Source: a virus
Taxonomy: Duplodnaviria; Caudoviricetes
DNA length: 64,000 nt
Reading direction: 5' to 3' (one strand)
Virus record (IMG/VR): IMGVR_UViG_3300017766_003924
Span: 20,478-84,477 of that record
Shown: positions 19,123-29,336 of the stretch, piece after piece
How positions within the stretch are numbered: the first letter of the stretch is position 1
How the letters are laid out: each line of letters starts with the position of its first letter
Notes under the pieces: generated by a model
Database searches by the model: none
Seen by the model: only the letters and a program-made list of their open reading frames with translations
Told to the model about the DNA's origin: nothing
Made by a program: the position numbers and the translations under genes

Positions 19123-20488
19123 ATTCTAACATATCCGCAATATCATATACGGATAATTCCTTCTTTAATTCATGGATACGTACACCTCTACCAATTGATT
19201 GTAAAATCTTAATTTTAGCTTTTCCACCACCAGCAAATATAATATTGTGTATGTTATTAATGCTGATACCAGTAGAAAATATTTTTGAGATAGCAACACA
19301 TATCACATCGTTGTTGCTTTCCATTACTTGCTTTACCTTATCTCTATCTTCTACTTCCACCTCTCCCCGGATAAAGTATATTTGTTTATCAGAGTTATGT
19401 TTGAGATAATCAGTTAGAAGTTCACCGTGTTCTATATGGTCAAGAAGTATCAAAGAATTACCTACTGCTTTATGTGATATTTTTTTAATTAGATTATTAC
19501 GAAACTCTGATTTTTTAATAAAAGTGTGTTCTAATCTATATTTGCTCGTAGTATCTGCTTTATCGCAGCTCTTATAATCTGGTGAGGTCTTATAATACAC
19601 TTTAATTACATGTATACGTGCTGCGGTAATCGCTTCCTTCTTTATTAACTCAACTCTATCTACATCAAAGATTATAGGTCCAAATTTACCAACAATATTC
19701 CAATAATCGTGATTGTCTGGAGGCATCGTACCAGTGAACCCATACTTATAATTAGTAGGTATACTCTTTAGAATTTTATTTACCTTATTATCTTTTCTAA
19801 CCTTATGAACCTCATCAACAATACATACATCAACATTGCTTATAGTCTTTAACTCATGTTTTCTATTTTGTAAAATACCTAAATTTGAAATAATAATATT
19901 GGTGTTAGGTTCTAAATCATAATTTCCTGTCCATCTATTAAACTTAAAGTCTACGCAATAGTTTGTAAAGTCTTTAAAAGTCTGATTTACTAGTCCGATG
20001 TCAGGTACTATTACTAGTGCTTTGAAATTAGGTAAAGCATTATAGAGGGTATTAAGGAGACTAGCCATAATGAGAGTCTTTCCTGCACCAGTTTCTGCTC
20101 TAATTACACCCCTTCCATACTGAAGAGCGCTTTTAACTGCAGCTAATTGATAATCTCTAAGTGTGAAGGTACCTAATGTGGGTTGTATATCAGTAAATGA
20201 AGTAAATTTTTTAGGGTGAATTACATCTAACAGTAGAGGGTCAATTGTGATGACCATATTTGGATTGTATTCCTTTACCCACTTGATTATACTAAATGTT
20301 AATCCGGGATCATAATTTCCATTCATTGAAATCATATGAATTCGATCAGGTATAAAGAAGTAGCCTCTCCGCTTTGCGAATTCCGCACCTTTATTAACAA
20401 TCGAGAATTTCTCTCGGATGAGGGGTAATAGGTCCGTCTGAACTACTCCGGTCTGATTTGATGAATTATATGTGAATACAACTTCCAT
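19037..20488 (-). CDS. uvsW: UvsW SF2 DNA helicase
   Basis: LRDYQ, ETGAGKT, VDEVH, GFTGT, FSTGISI, LQSIGRGVR. Confidence 0.93.
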   Translation of the reverse strand: MEVVFTYNSSNQTGVVQTDLLPLIREKFSIVNKGAEFAKRRGYFFIPDRIHMISMNGNYDPGLTFSIIKWVKEYNPNMVITIDPLLLDVIHPKKFTSFTDIQPTLGTFTLRDYQLAAVKSALQYGRGVIRAETGAGKTLIMASLLNTLYNALPNFKALVIVPDIGLVNQTFKDFTNYCVDFKFNRWTGNYDLEPNTNIIISNLGILQNRKHELKTISNVDVCIVDEVHKVRKDNKVNKILKSIPTNYKYGFTGTMPPDNHDYWNIVGKFGPIIFDVDRVELIKKEAITAARIHVIKVYYKTSPDYKSCDKADTTSKYRLEHTFIKKSEFRNNLIKKISHKAVGNSLILLDHIEHGELLTDYLKHNSDKQIYFIRGEVEVEDRDKVKQVMESNNDVICVAISKIFSTGISINNIHNIIFAGGGKAKIKILQSIGRGVRIHELKKELSVYDIADMLEYGETHLQSRIKIYNENNLKYDSYHARET

Positions 20489-20925
20489 TATAACGTTTCG
20501 AGTTTAATTATTTCTGTAAGGTTTTTAATATCGTACGTCATATTACCGCAAATCTTTTCAACCTTTTCAAGATATTCAATAATCACCGAAAGATCTTCTA
20601 TTTTGTTCTGAATATCTTGATATTGGTCAGATTTAATTATCATTCCCTCAATAGTGGTAGTTGCGAGCTTTACTGGACTACTTTCATTTACTTTAGTAGT
20701 ACCTTCACGGAGAAGATGCTTTTGTCTCCGCTTTAATTCAGATAACTCACCTTTATGTCTCATTAAACGACCAACCCACTTATGCTTAATTCCTGGGAGT
20801 CTTAATTGCTTATCCTTTAACGAAAGCTGATCAAGGGTTACATCCTCTTGAATCTCCTTGATATATTGATTTACTAATTCCATACCTTTATTCTTAAATA
20901 ATATTATAGATAGCATTATATGCAA
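20488..20925 (-). CDS. uvsY: UvsY recombination mediator
   Basis: Helical, LEKVEKI...YDIKN C-terminus, adjacent to uvsW; likely true start at 20883 (MELVNQY). Confidence 0.75.
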   Translation of the reverse strand: MHIMLSIILFKNKGMELVNQYIKEIQEDVTLDQLSLKDKQLRLPGIKHKWVGRLMRHKGELSELKRRQKHLLREGTTKVNESSPVKLATTTIEGMIIKSDQYQDIQNKIEDLSVIIEYLEKVEKICGNMTYDIKNLTEIIKLETL

Positions 20926-20940
20926 TATCTGTAACTATAT

Positions 20941-21759
20941 ATGTTCAATAATAAAGTTCAGGAATTTTTGAGTGAGAGCGATGAGAATAACGATCTCAAC
21001 AATAAAAACCTCTTTAAATTTCACAAAAAGCTGTCAGATCAAGTAAGAACAAAGACAGAAGAAGCAGGTAAAGCCTTTGATGCAGCAGACTTCAAAGTGG
21101 GTGATACACTATACACTCAAGCAGGTAGCGAGGTTCGTGTAATCGGACGAGGTTTAAAGTTTTCTAAGAAATCAGGTAGAGGAATGATTCTAGGTGAAGT
21201 CATTAGCTCAAAAAAATATCCTCATTCAGTAGGTACAAAGACGTTTATCTATGTAGATATGCTCTCTTATGATGAACCAATTACAGAGAATTTTATTGGA
21301 GGCAATACTTCAGGGGTAGTTGGTTTTGGATCAGGTAACGCAGCATCCTCTTCAACAGATACATACGCACCAGGAGATAATAGACTTCCTTCTGTTATAG
21401 GTAAAAAGAAAGGAAAGAAAAAGATTCACATTCAGCGTAGACCGCTTATTAAAGAGCGTTGTGAGACATGCGATCTACCTGTTCAAGTATTAGACGACTC
21501 AACTGGCGCGTACTTTAACATAACATATATTGATAAAGAGGATAAGACTTTTATCGTTATAACTGATATTCACATCCCAGCCGATGCTAAGGGTGCTACT
21601 AAGAGATTGTTTGCTGCTCTTAAAGAGATATCGTCTACAACTCAATACCCTACTATGATACCTGCTGCGGTGGTACAATCCGATAAAAGACGAGAGATAT
21701 TAAAAAAGTACGGATTCGAAGGTGATGGTGATATGGTGTGTACCTGTGGATTAGCTTGA
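20941..21759 (+). CDS. hypothetical protein, candidate internal head protein
   Basis: 272 aa; N-terminus MFNNKVQEFLSE resembles the T4 capsid-targeting sequence. Confidence 0.6.
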   Translation: MFNNKVQEFLSESDENNDLNNKNLFKFHKKLSDQVRTKTEEAGKAFDAADFKVGDTLYTQAGSEVRVIGRGLKFSKKSGRGMILGEVISSKKYPHSVGTKTFIYVDMLSYDEPITENFIGGNTSGVVGFGSGNAASSSTDTYAPGDNRLPSVIGKKKGKKKIHIQRRPLIKERCETCDLPVQVLDDSTGAYFNITYIDKEDKTFIVITDIHIPADAKGATKRLFAALKEISSTTQYPTMIPAAVVQSDKRREILKKYGFEGDGDMVCTCGLA

Positions 21760-21788
21760 AATACACCTAGTAGTATTTAAATAGTGGT

Positions 21789-22328
21789 ATGAGTAACGCG
21801 TCTAAGAATAAGGGTAAAGCTTTTGAGAGAGAGTTCGCAAAGCACCTGACATCAATCTTTGGTCTTAATTTTAATAGGGTACCGAATTCCGGTGCATTTA
21901 CTGGTGGTTTGAATAGCTTTCGTAATAACTATCTTACCGAAGAGCAAAAGCTTCTTGCTACTGGAGATATTATTGTACCTAAGGAATTAGGGAGATATGC
22001 ATTTGAATGTAAGTGGTATAAGGATTTCGAGTGGCATCATGTATTAACTCAAAATCTCACACTCGATAAATGGATTGCGCAGGCAAGTGCAACCTCAAAG
22101 CAGTGGTTCCTCATCTTTAAGATAAACCGTCAAGGATGGTTTGTAGTTTACAGTGATGTGAATGCATCTCTCTATAAGCATGTAGGTAATAAGATTCTGT
22201 ATGGTAAGAACATTATTGTTTCTGGTGATCAATTTTTTGAATTGAATAAAGAAACTCTGTTATTACCTATGGTAGATCTTGAACCTGTGAAGAGTGATGT
22301 TAATATTACATTGACATGTTCGAAATAG
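21789..22328 (+). CDS. PD-(D/E)XK Holliday junction resolvase-like nuclease
   Basis: SKNKGKAFERE, RVPNSGA, GDII, FECKWYK. Confidence 0.8.
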   Translation: MSNASKNKGKAFEREFAKHLTSIFGLNFNRVPNSGAFTGGLNSFRNNYLTEEQKLLATGDIIVPKELGRYAFECKWYKDFEWHHVLTQNLTLDKWIAQASATSKQWFLIFKINRQGWFVVYSDVNASLYKHVGNKILYGKNIIVSGDQFFELNKETLLLPMVDLEPVKSDVNITLTCSK

Positions 22329-22846
22329 TAATACCTCACTTTAATTATAGAGTATTTCATTTTAATTACATATTTCATAATCAGCTTGAAATAGACATAT
22401 GTAATGAATGGAGTCTTTATGGTATCTCTCAGTTCAATAATGATGCCAAGAGACTCGCAAAGCATCATACTCTCCGTACTATAATATCACTTTTAGAAGG
22501 AAAGGAAAAGATTTTATTCTACATCTGTAAAGATTTAAAGTACACCTCATCTCGTAAGCAATTTCCATTATTTCCAGAGTGGTATACCAATTATCTATTA
22601 ACTACCTTCAAACAGCACAATATTTCATGTCTGATTAATGGTAAGTTTAAATCTGTAGATACATTAAAAGGTGAAATCTTAATAGAGAATGGGTTCTATC
22701 AAGAAGTTATTAACACAATACAATCTAAGAAGCCAGTAAAGATACAGAAGTTAAAAGATGACTGTAGACGGAATGGTCTCTTATACGTCCAAAAATTCCT
22801 TGAACAGCCTAAAAATAACCACTTGATTTCTTCCACTATGTCATAA
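22316..22846 (+). CDS. hypothetical protein
   Basis: 176 aa ORF. Confidence 0.55.
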   Translation: MFEIVIPHFNYRVFHFNYIFHNQLEIDICNEWSLYGISQFNNDAKRLAKHHTLRTIISLLEGKEKILFYICKDLKYTSSRKQFPLFPEWYTNYLLTTFKQHNISCLINGKFKSVDTLKGEILIENGFYQEVINTIQSKKPVKIQKLKDDCRRNGLLYVQKFLEQPKNNHLISSTMS

Positions 22847-22932
22847 CTATAATTGAGAGGGGAGAAAAAGGCGTAATCCGATATTGCGCATCGCGCTCAA
22901 TCGGAGATAATAAATAATTAAAACATTATCCT

Positions 22933-23253
22933 ATGAATTTTGATACTAAAATAAATGAATTACTACAAGAATTTGTAGTATCATCGACTGTAAACTCTAA
23001 TCCTACAACGACTTTAAATAATCAGAGAACTAAAAATAATCAATTAAATAATAAGTCTCCAGAGAGTGATAATGTTAAAAGTCATCAGACTATGTTAGAT
23101 ATTGAAGATAAGCGTACAAATAACATACCTCTATCTCCTGAAGAAATAGAATTCGAAAGAACCTTTAAATCTACTCAACCCATGAGGAATCAAGGGGTAA
23201 AGGGTTTAACTCAATATCTCAAGACCACATCACAGCAGCAACCACGTAGATAA
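22933..23253 (+). CDS. hypothetical Asn-rich protein
   Basis: 106 aa; TAAATA upstream; MNFDTKINELLQE N-terminus. Confidence 0.55.
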   Translation: MNFDTKINELLQEFVVSSTVNSNPTTTLNNQRTKNNQLNNKSPESDNVKSHQTMLDIEDKRTNNIPLSPEEIEFERTFKSTQPMRNQGVKGLTQYLKTTSQQQPRR

Positions 23254-23259
23254 TATTTT

Positions 23260-23562
23260 ATGAATTCTTTACCTTTATTAAGTAAGCTCATTCTCGAACA
23301 AGAACAACAACTTGATGCTGCAATGCCTCAGCCAGGTGCTGATTCAGCCCTTCCCCAAGGTGCACCTTCAGCATCTCCTCAGGCTCCTCAACCTCTTACA
23401 TCAGAAGGTAAAGTATTTCTAATCGACCTCATTAAGAGGGCTCTCGCTATTAGTCCTGATAATATCTCTCAGCAAGACAAGGCTGTATTTAATGAGAAGC
23501 TTACTACAGAAAACGCAGATACGGTATTAAAAAAACTACAAAATATCATTGAACAATTTTAA
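23260..23562 (+). CDS. hypothetical protein with Pro/Ala/Gln linker
   Basis: 100 aa ORF. Confidence 0.55.
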   Translation: MNSLPLLSKLILEQEQQLDAAMPQPGADSALPQGAPSASPQAPQPLTSEGKVFLIDLIKRALAISPDNISQQDKAVFNEKLTTENADTVLKKLQNIIEQF

Positions 23563-23593
23563 GTAAAGCTAATATTTACTTATAGTTCAATAT

Positions 23594-24901
23594 ATGCAAT
23601 CCTGTGATAAATCGACAGAATGCTTTACTATCTTTTCAAAACATCCCGATCATCCATTAAGGGTAATTGGTGTTGCTACTCCCGAGACTCACGATAAAGT
23701 TTGTAAGATAGTAAAAGCTGAGAGACCAGAAGGTCTAAAGATATTAGTATCAGAGTTGTTCACACAAAGTAACTGGAAGAATCTACCTCACATTGAAGAA
23801 CAGGTTCTAAACAGTTTTCATCGCATATCTACGTTAGACATCATAAAGTTCAAAAGCTTCGTTCGGATCAAGAGCTCGCAAGGGTATCTTGATGATCTCT
23901 TCGGTTGTGATATAATAAACTTCAAAGATTACCTCTATAACAAGCTTAAGACTGATTCTACCGACTTTATATCTGATTATAGTGAATTCGGACAGGTGAT
24001 ATCAGATTTATGGAATATTAAGTTTGATATTGGTGCCGTATTTGTCGGTCCCGGAGAGTTATGTATCTCTCTTCTTACTGGATGTCAAAAGAGTCGTTTT
24101 GGAGATCTGAACTATAAACAGTATGAGATAGAACTTAAAAGCAATTATGGGAGATTAGGTAAATCTCTCTTTACTCATAAATTTAGAGAAAATTTATTAA
24201 GTTCAGGAATACCGATAGATGTTGAGAAGGAATATTTAAATTGGAATAATATCAAGCTCGAAATATTGAGATCTAAGATACTCACACAGTTTGCAAAAAA
24301 GAAGAGTAATTATCCACTAGAGCACAATCTCGAAACATCATCATTTCCAGTTATAATGATTGATTTTCAGCAGATACCAAATTCCAAAACACTACTTCAG
24401 AATATCAATCAATATTTTAACTATCGTCAGGACATTAAAGATATCAAAGATGGGGTTACTCGAGTCAAATGGCTTGAGTGTGTCTACACCTGCTTAATGT
24501 ATGAGAATAATTTAACTGAAGAGCAATTTTTAAAGATACTTTCATTCACTCGTACCGAACAATTAGATGTAGATGAAGAATTAGAGTTATTAAGTGGATT
24601 GAGGCTATTAGAAAAGATGTATGGAATAAAGCAAAAACTTTCAATAGAAAAAGATAGAGAATTATTAGTCTTTTTAATATGGGCTATACAGCTTACTGCT
24701 TATAGAGCAGTAACCAAATTCGATTTCCTATTCTTAGTAAATCCTAAGACATATGAAATAGCAGTGTTTAATACACATAAGAAATCTATAACAGAATGTC
24801 TTATATCTACATTTCAATTTTTATACGCTAAAAAAGATAAGTTCTATGCTAAGTTAGATGTTGATGATCGAAATAAAGGAATTAGTATCTCAATGAAATG
24901 A
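23594..24901 (+). CDS. hypothetical protein with restriction-endonuclease-like PD-(D/E)XK motif
   Basis: GPGELCISLL...GDL.....EIELKS. Confidence 0.5.
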   Translation: MQSCDKSTECFTIFSKHPDHPLRVIGVATPETHDKVCKIVKAERPEGLKILVSELFTQSNWKNLPHIEEQVLNSFHRISTLDIIKFKSFVRIKSSQGYLDDLFGCDIINFKDYLYNKLKTDSTDFISDYSEFGQVISDLWNIKFDIGAVFVGPGELCISLLTGCQKSRFGDLNYKQYEIELKSNYGRLGKSLFTHKFRENLLSSGIPIDVEKEYLNWNNIKLEILRSKILTQFAKKKSNYPLEHNLETSSFPVIMIDFQQIPNSKTLLQNINQYFNYRQDIKDIKDGVTRVKWLECVYTCLMYENNLTEEQFLKILSFTRTEQLDVDEELELLSGLRLLEKMYGIKQKLSIEKDRELLVFLIWAIQLTAYRAVTKFDFLFLVNPKTYEIAVFNTHKKSITECLISTFQFLYAKKDKFYAKLDVDDRNKGISISMK

Positions 24902-26025
24902 GTAATTTCTTTACACATATTGAACATTTTGAAGACTATTTTTTAGATTATAGGAACCTACCAAGGCTACAATCCTTTATAGATGATATATCTCTAGGTT
25001 TAAATACCACAGTAAATCATAAGGTTGATGGTAATATTATGATTATATTCGGGATCAACAAATTCAACAGTAAATTCTTCATCGCAACTAAATCAGGAGT
25101 CTCTGTATCATCACCTAAATTTATCTATAGCGTAGAGGATATATTCAAGCATTATCCCGGTGATGATAGAATAAGTTTGAGGCAAAAGCTTACCTGTATT
25201 TTTAAATATCTCAATGAATGGTTTAAAACCATAGCAGATGATAATGATCTTATCTTTCAATGTGATATTCTTTTCGCACACCCCTATATTAGGAAACATA
25301 CTTCCGCTGATCAATTTATATTTCAACCTAATACAGTCGTATATAAGACAACTGATAAAGATTTAAAGGATAGCGTAGTAGGTATATGCATACATTCAGC
25401 ATATATTAATAGATCAGATAAAGAGGCACTTCAACTTGAAAAGTATAAAGGCTTATTTGCATGCAACATAGAATCTACCTCAGATGTATTTGTATGTTCT
25501 AGTAAAGCAAATACCATATCATCAACATATAAAGACCTCCACAATCTTTTACCAAGAATAGACACACCTCTATGTAATGAACATATTGAAAAGTCTTCCC
25601 GTACCTATATATCAAACAAGATAAAGGATTATCTCCACCACGGAAATTGTAGCCAATTAGGTGAATATAATATACATTCATATGCAAGGAGTACTTTAAA
25701 GCTAGGTGAGGGCTGGTGGGATGATGTATTGCTAGAAATGCATGCTAATGAGATAACACGAAGGTTTTCATCAGCATATATAGATAGAGCTAATATACCT
25801 CAGAAGGATATGAGAATGTTTGTTTTGACCGCTATTAACCTCTTGCGTATTAAGTATTACATTTTAAATAAAATTACAAAGATTAACACTCACTTCTTGA
25901 AAGATGGAAAGAGCTTTATCAATGATAAAGAAACTCAAGGTGAAGGGTGGGTCGTAACACATAACGAACTCGAGTTAAAATTTATTGATAGAGCTGAATT
26001 TTCTCAAGCACACTTTTTAAAATGA
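24898..26025 (+). CDS. DUF6267-like protein with ligase-type nucleotidyltransferase motifs
   Basis: HIEHFED, KVDG, FFIATKS, FQPNTVVY, EGWVV, KFIDRAEFS. Confidence 0.6.
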   Translation: MSNFFTHIEHFEDYFLDYRNLPRLQSFIDDISLGLNTTVNHKVDGNIMIIFGINKFNSKFFIATKSGVSVSSPKFIYSVEDIFKHYPGDDRISLRQKLTCIFKYLNEWFKTIADDNDLIFQCDILFAHPYIRKHTSADQFIFQPNTVVYKTTDKDLKDSVVGICIHSAYINRSDKEALQLEKYKGLFACNIESTSDVFVCSSKANTISSTYKDLHNLLPRIDTPLCNEHIEKSSRTYISNKIKDYLHHGNCSQLGEYNIHSYARSTLKLGEGWWDDVLLEMHANEITRRFSSAYIDRANIPQKDMRMFVLTAINLLRIKYYILNKITKINTHFLKDGKSFINDKETQGEGWVVTHNELELKFIDRAEFSQAHFLK

Positions 26026-27674
26026 CATTTGAAATTAATATACCAGTATCCAACATTAATGACTTCAGCCCCTTAATATACTTAGACCTTTATAAAATCA
26101 ACGGTACCCGCGCATTTGTGAAGACCTTTCACACTTCAAAAGTTTTACAATCCTCTAAGGAGTGTTTTAGTTACAAATTTTCCTTTCCAGGTAATAAAGA
26201 AGACTTTAAAGCATTAATAGTTAAACAAGGCGATGAGACAATTTTTAGTGAGTTTTACAATCAACCAGCGCATATTGAAATCAATAACTTTCATATAGTT
26301 GTTGCATGTCGCAATGCTGAAAAGTATATAGGTGAATGTATTAGTAGTATCATACGACAGACCCACTTTAGGTGTAATATTGTAGTGATAGATGATAATT
26401 CTATAGATTCAACAAGCTTAGTAGTACAAGAAATAATAGAGAAATATCCTATTCAAGGAATTCGTATTATTAAGAATGATCAGCATCGCGGTATTGGATA
26501 TTCTAAGAGGTTAGGATGCTCTTTAGCGAAGCCTGGTGATATTATCTGCATTTTAGACGGTGACGACTACTTAACTAACAATCAAGCGCTCGAGAAGATA
26601 AATGAAGAGTATAATAAAGATATACGGGTAGGTTGTATATACACAAACTTTTATTTCATCAATTCAGATAAGGTTGTTCCTGCGCAATGGATATATCAAT
26701 TTAATAATAAACAGAGCGGCTATAAACAAGATTGCGTATCTCACTTTCTTACCTTTAAGGCTGATGTATACAACCTCTCAAAGGGATATGATGCAAGTAA
26801 TAAATTCTGTACAGATAAACAAATTATAAATGAGTTAGCATGTGTAACAAATCTACGCTATTTACCTCTATATACATATGGTTATAGGCTACATCAAGAT
26901 AACATTGATAGCCAGTATACCTCTACTGAAGTTTCAGATAATTTTTTAAGAATAAAGGATATTTATAAAGAGAAGGATAACAATATGTCTATTATTGTTA
27001 CTCATCACAATAGAGATATATTACCCCTCCTTAAATCCATTAATACATCAATAGTTAACAACCTTATTGAACTCATAATTGTTACTACATATAAAGAATT
27101 ACCTGAGCCTATAACAAGCTATATTAATACTGAATTGCAGGTTCCGATTTACATTATTCACTTTAATGAAGAGTTTAATAAGTCTAAGATGATAAATTTA
27201 GGTGTATTATCATCTAACTTTAATAGGTTACTCTTTTTAGATTGTGATATGAAGTTTGATGAGGGGTTTATTAAAAGTGCAAATATTGCCATTGATTATA
27301 GTAATGTATTTTTTCCAATATGTTTTGATGAAGATACAAATACAGCTCGTAATAAAGGATATGGTAATTGTGGTTTAATGAAGCGGGATTTCTATAGAGT
27401 TCAAGGCTTCGACGAAGATTTTAAAACGTGGGGCGGTGAAGACACTCACTTCTTTCATAAATGTTCACTTGAACCCTTCAATATTCACCGACAAGAATAT
27501 CCCACATTTATACATCTTCCTCATGAATATAAGGACGTATGGCATAAAACTGTTGTTAATAGAGATGTTTTGAAGGAAAGTGTTACAGAGTATAGAGCTC
27601 GTGCAGATAAAAATGTTGCATTCTTTAATAAAAAGATTAATGAATACAAGAAAAAATTCTCCATCCAGAGCTAA
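26022..27674 (+). CDS. two-domain glycosyltransferase (GT2 plus galactosyltransferase C-terminal-like domain)
   Basis: VACRNAEKYI, IDDNSID, LDGDD; second domain FNKSKMIN, LFLDCD, GFDEDFKTWGGED. Confidence 0.85.
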   Translation: MTFEINIPVSNINDFSPLIYLDLYKINGTRAFVKTFHTSKVLQSSKECFSYKFSFPGNKEDFKALIVKQGDETIFSEFYNQPAHIEINNFHIVVACRNAEKYIGECISSIIRQTHFRCNIVVIDDNSIDSTSLVVQEIIEKYPIQGIRIIKNDQHRGIGYSKRLGCSLAKPGDIICILDGDDYLTNNQALEKINEEYNKDIRVGCIYTNFYFINSDKVVPAQWIYQFNNKQSGYKQDCVSHFLTFKADVYNLSKGYDASNKFCTDKQIINELACVTNLRYLPLYTYGYRLHQDNIDSQYTSTEVSDNFLRIKDIYKEKDNNMSIIVTHHNRDILPLLKSINTSIVNNLIELIIVTTYKELPEPITSYINTELQVPIYIIHFNEEFNKSKMINLGVLSSNFNRLLFLDCDMKFDEGFIKSANIAIDYSNVFFPICFDEDTNTARNKGYGNCGLMKRDFYRVQGFDEDFKTWGGEDTHFFHKCSLEPFNIHRQEYPTFIHLPHEYKDVWHKTVVNRDVLKESVTEYRARADKNVAFFNKKINEYKKKFSIQS

Positions 27675-27682
27675 ATACTTAT

Positions 27683-28291
27683 GTGGATACTTTACGATAT
27701 AAGATAACATCGTTTTTCCTTAAAAGGTTCGCACACTTTAAGGTCTTTAAGTATCCTTTCTTCGTAGTCTATGATCCCGGGAGCTACCTCATCAAAGGAT
27801 CGGATTATTATATCGTAAAAGACCTCATTAAACCAGGAGATATTCTTTTAAGAGGGTATGACAACTATCTCGATGGCTACTTTATTCCTGGAACCTATAG
27901 TCATGCAGCAATGTGTATAGATAAAGAAAAGATCATACACTCAATGACCCCTAATGTACAGTATATTGATCTCTGTACCTTTATGAGATGTGATAAGATT
28001 GCGATTATTAGACCGCTTTTAGATGTATATAAGAGAGCTACTGCAGTTAAGAGAGCAGTAAAGCAATTAGGTTCACCATATGATTATGACTTCATATTTG
28101 AAGAAGGAGGCAATAATAAGAGGTACTTTAGTTGTTCTGAACTTATATACCACGCTTATTATCCGTACAGAGAAGAGCTCGATTGGAATCTAAAGCAGAA
28201 GGATTACTTCTTTTTTAACAAAAAAATATTTGCCCCTGATGATTGTTTACCAACCACCAAGAGCAAATCTACGATTATCTGGTCTAAGTAA
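27683..28291 (+). CDS. permuted papain-like amidase (YiiX/YaeF, NlpC/P60 superfamily)
   Basis: PGDILL, SHAAM (His precedes Cys), PYDYDF, CSELIY; GTG start 5 nt after TAAATA. Confidence 0.8.
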   Translation: MDTLRYKITSFFLKRFAHFKVFKYPFFVVYDPGSYLIKGSDYYIVKDLIKPGDILLRGYDNYLDGYFIPGTYSHAAMCIDKEKIIHSMTPNVQYIDLCTFMRCDKIAIIRPLLDVYKRATAVKRAVKQLGSPYDYDFIFEEGGNNKRYFSCSELIYHAYYPYREELDWNLKQKDYFFFNKKIFAPDDCLPTTKSKSTIIWSK

Positions 28292-28292
28292 T

Positions 28293-28937
28293 TTACTTAC
28301 TCTTCGAGAACTCTACAAATTTGTAAAACTCTGCTCTCGAATTATCATTATTATCTAAGAACGCACCAGACATGCGAGCTGTTCTCATCGTTGAATCATG
28401 TTTAATTCCTCTATTTGAGCAACAAGTATGATCACATTCAAGTAATACCGCAACACCCTTGTTACCTTCACACACCTCATCGATATAATTAAAGATCTGC
28501 TGAGTGAGTGACTCCTGTACTTGAGGTCTCCGAGCAAACCAATCTACAATTCGATTAAGTTTGCTTAAACCAATCACTTTACCTTCCTTAGAGGGTATAT
28601 AAGCTACATGAGCAATACCTGTAAAGGCTAAATGATGATGAGAACACAGGGATGTTAGTTTGATATTGTTCTGACATACCATACCGTTATAACCTTCGAT
28701 ATTATCGAAGGCTGTTACATTCGGTGGCTTTGTGTAGCATCCCGATATAATGTCTGTTACGAACGCTTTAGCGACTCTGTGAGGAGTATTGCTAGAATGA
28801 GGATCATTTCTCCAGTCGATTGCGAGAGCATCGAGAAATTGCTCATATGCCACTTCAGCACGACTAACAATTTGTTCGAGCTCCACGGGAGTCCTCTCTT
28901 TATTTCCATTTGCATAGGGTATTTTTTCGAGTTCCAT
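28293..28937 (-). CDS. folE: GTP cyclohydrolase I
   Basis: TPHRVAK, SLCSHHHL, GLSKLNRIV, RRPQVQE, C...RG. Confidence 0.96.
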   Translation of the reverse strand: MELEKIPYANGNKERTPVELEQIVSRAEVAYEQFLDALAIDWRNDPHSSNTPHRVAKAFVTDIISGCYTKPPNVTAFDNIEGYNGMVCQNNIKLTSLCSHHHLAFTGIAHVAYIPSKEGKVIGLSKLNRIVDWFARRPQVQESLTQQIFNYIDEVCEGNKGVAVLLECDHTCCSNRGIKHDSTMRTARMSGAFLDNNDNSRAEFYKFVEFSKSK

Positions 28938-28991
28938 ATATTACATTGATTATTATAAATTCATCGCTAAATTAATCAATTAAATAATTAC

Positions 28992-29336
28992 ATGAATATT
29001 AATAAATTAATAGCAGAGCAATACAGCAAACTTAACCTCAGAAGAGTTAAGCTTAAGTCTGATCCCGCTAACCTAGCTTCGTGCTATGAAGGTTATGTAC
29101 TTGAAGAGTGTGCGGGTGAGGTTAAGATCATTATCATAACTAATCCTCCTCCTGCTAGTGCAGTTAATGGTATAGTAACTACCACACCAGATAAGATAGA
29201 AGATGTTGAAGCGGGTATAGCTTCTGATAATCCAGTATTACAGCAAGTTAATAACACCGACAATGATGAATTTAAAACGGAGTATTTGAAAAATGATACT
29301 TCAATCCCTAATCTGAAAAAATTACTTCAAAAATAA
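28992..29336 (+). CDS. hypothetical protein
   Basis: 114 aa; TAAATA 5 nt upstream; MNINKLIAE N-terminus. Confidence 0.6.
   Translation: MNINKLIAEQYSKLNLRRVKLKSDPANLASCYEGYVLEECAGEVKIIIITNPPPASAVNGIVTTTPDKIEDVEAGIASDNPVLQQVNNTDNDEFKTEYLKNDTSIPNLKKLLQK

Noticed and set aside
5734-20488. Inteins, introns or homing endonucleases in pol, helicases, uvsX or gp46
   Set aside because: Protein lengths are ordinary, and I saw no intein, LAGLIDADG, HNH or GIY-YIG motifs.
28293-28937. folE/queD as folate or pterin auxiliary metabolism
   Set aside because: The presence of both queE and queC makes 7-deazaguanine synthesis the simpler explanation; no other folate genes seen.
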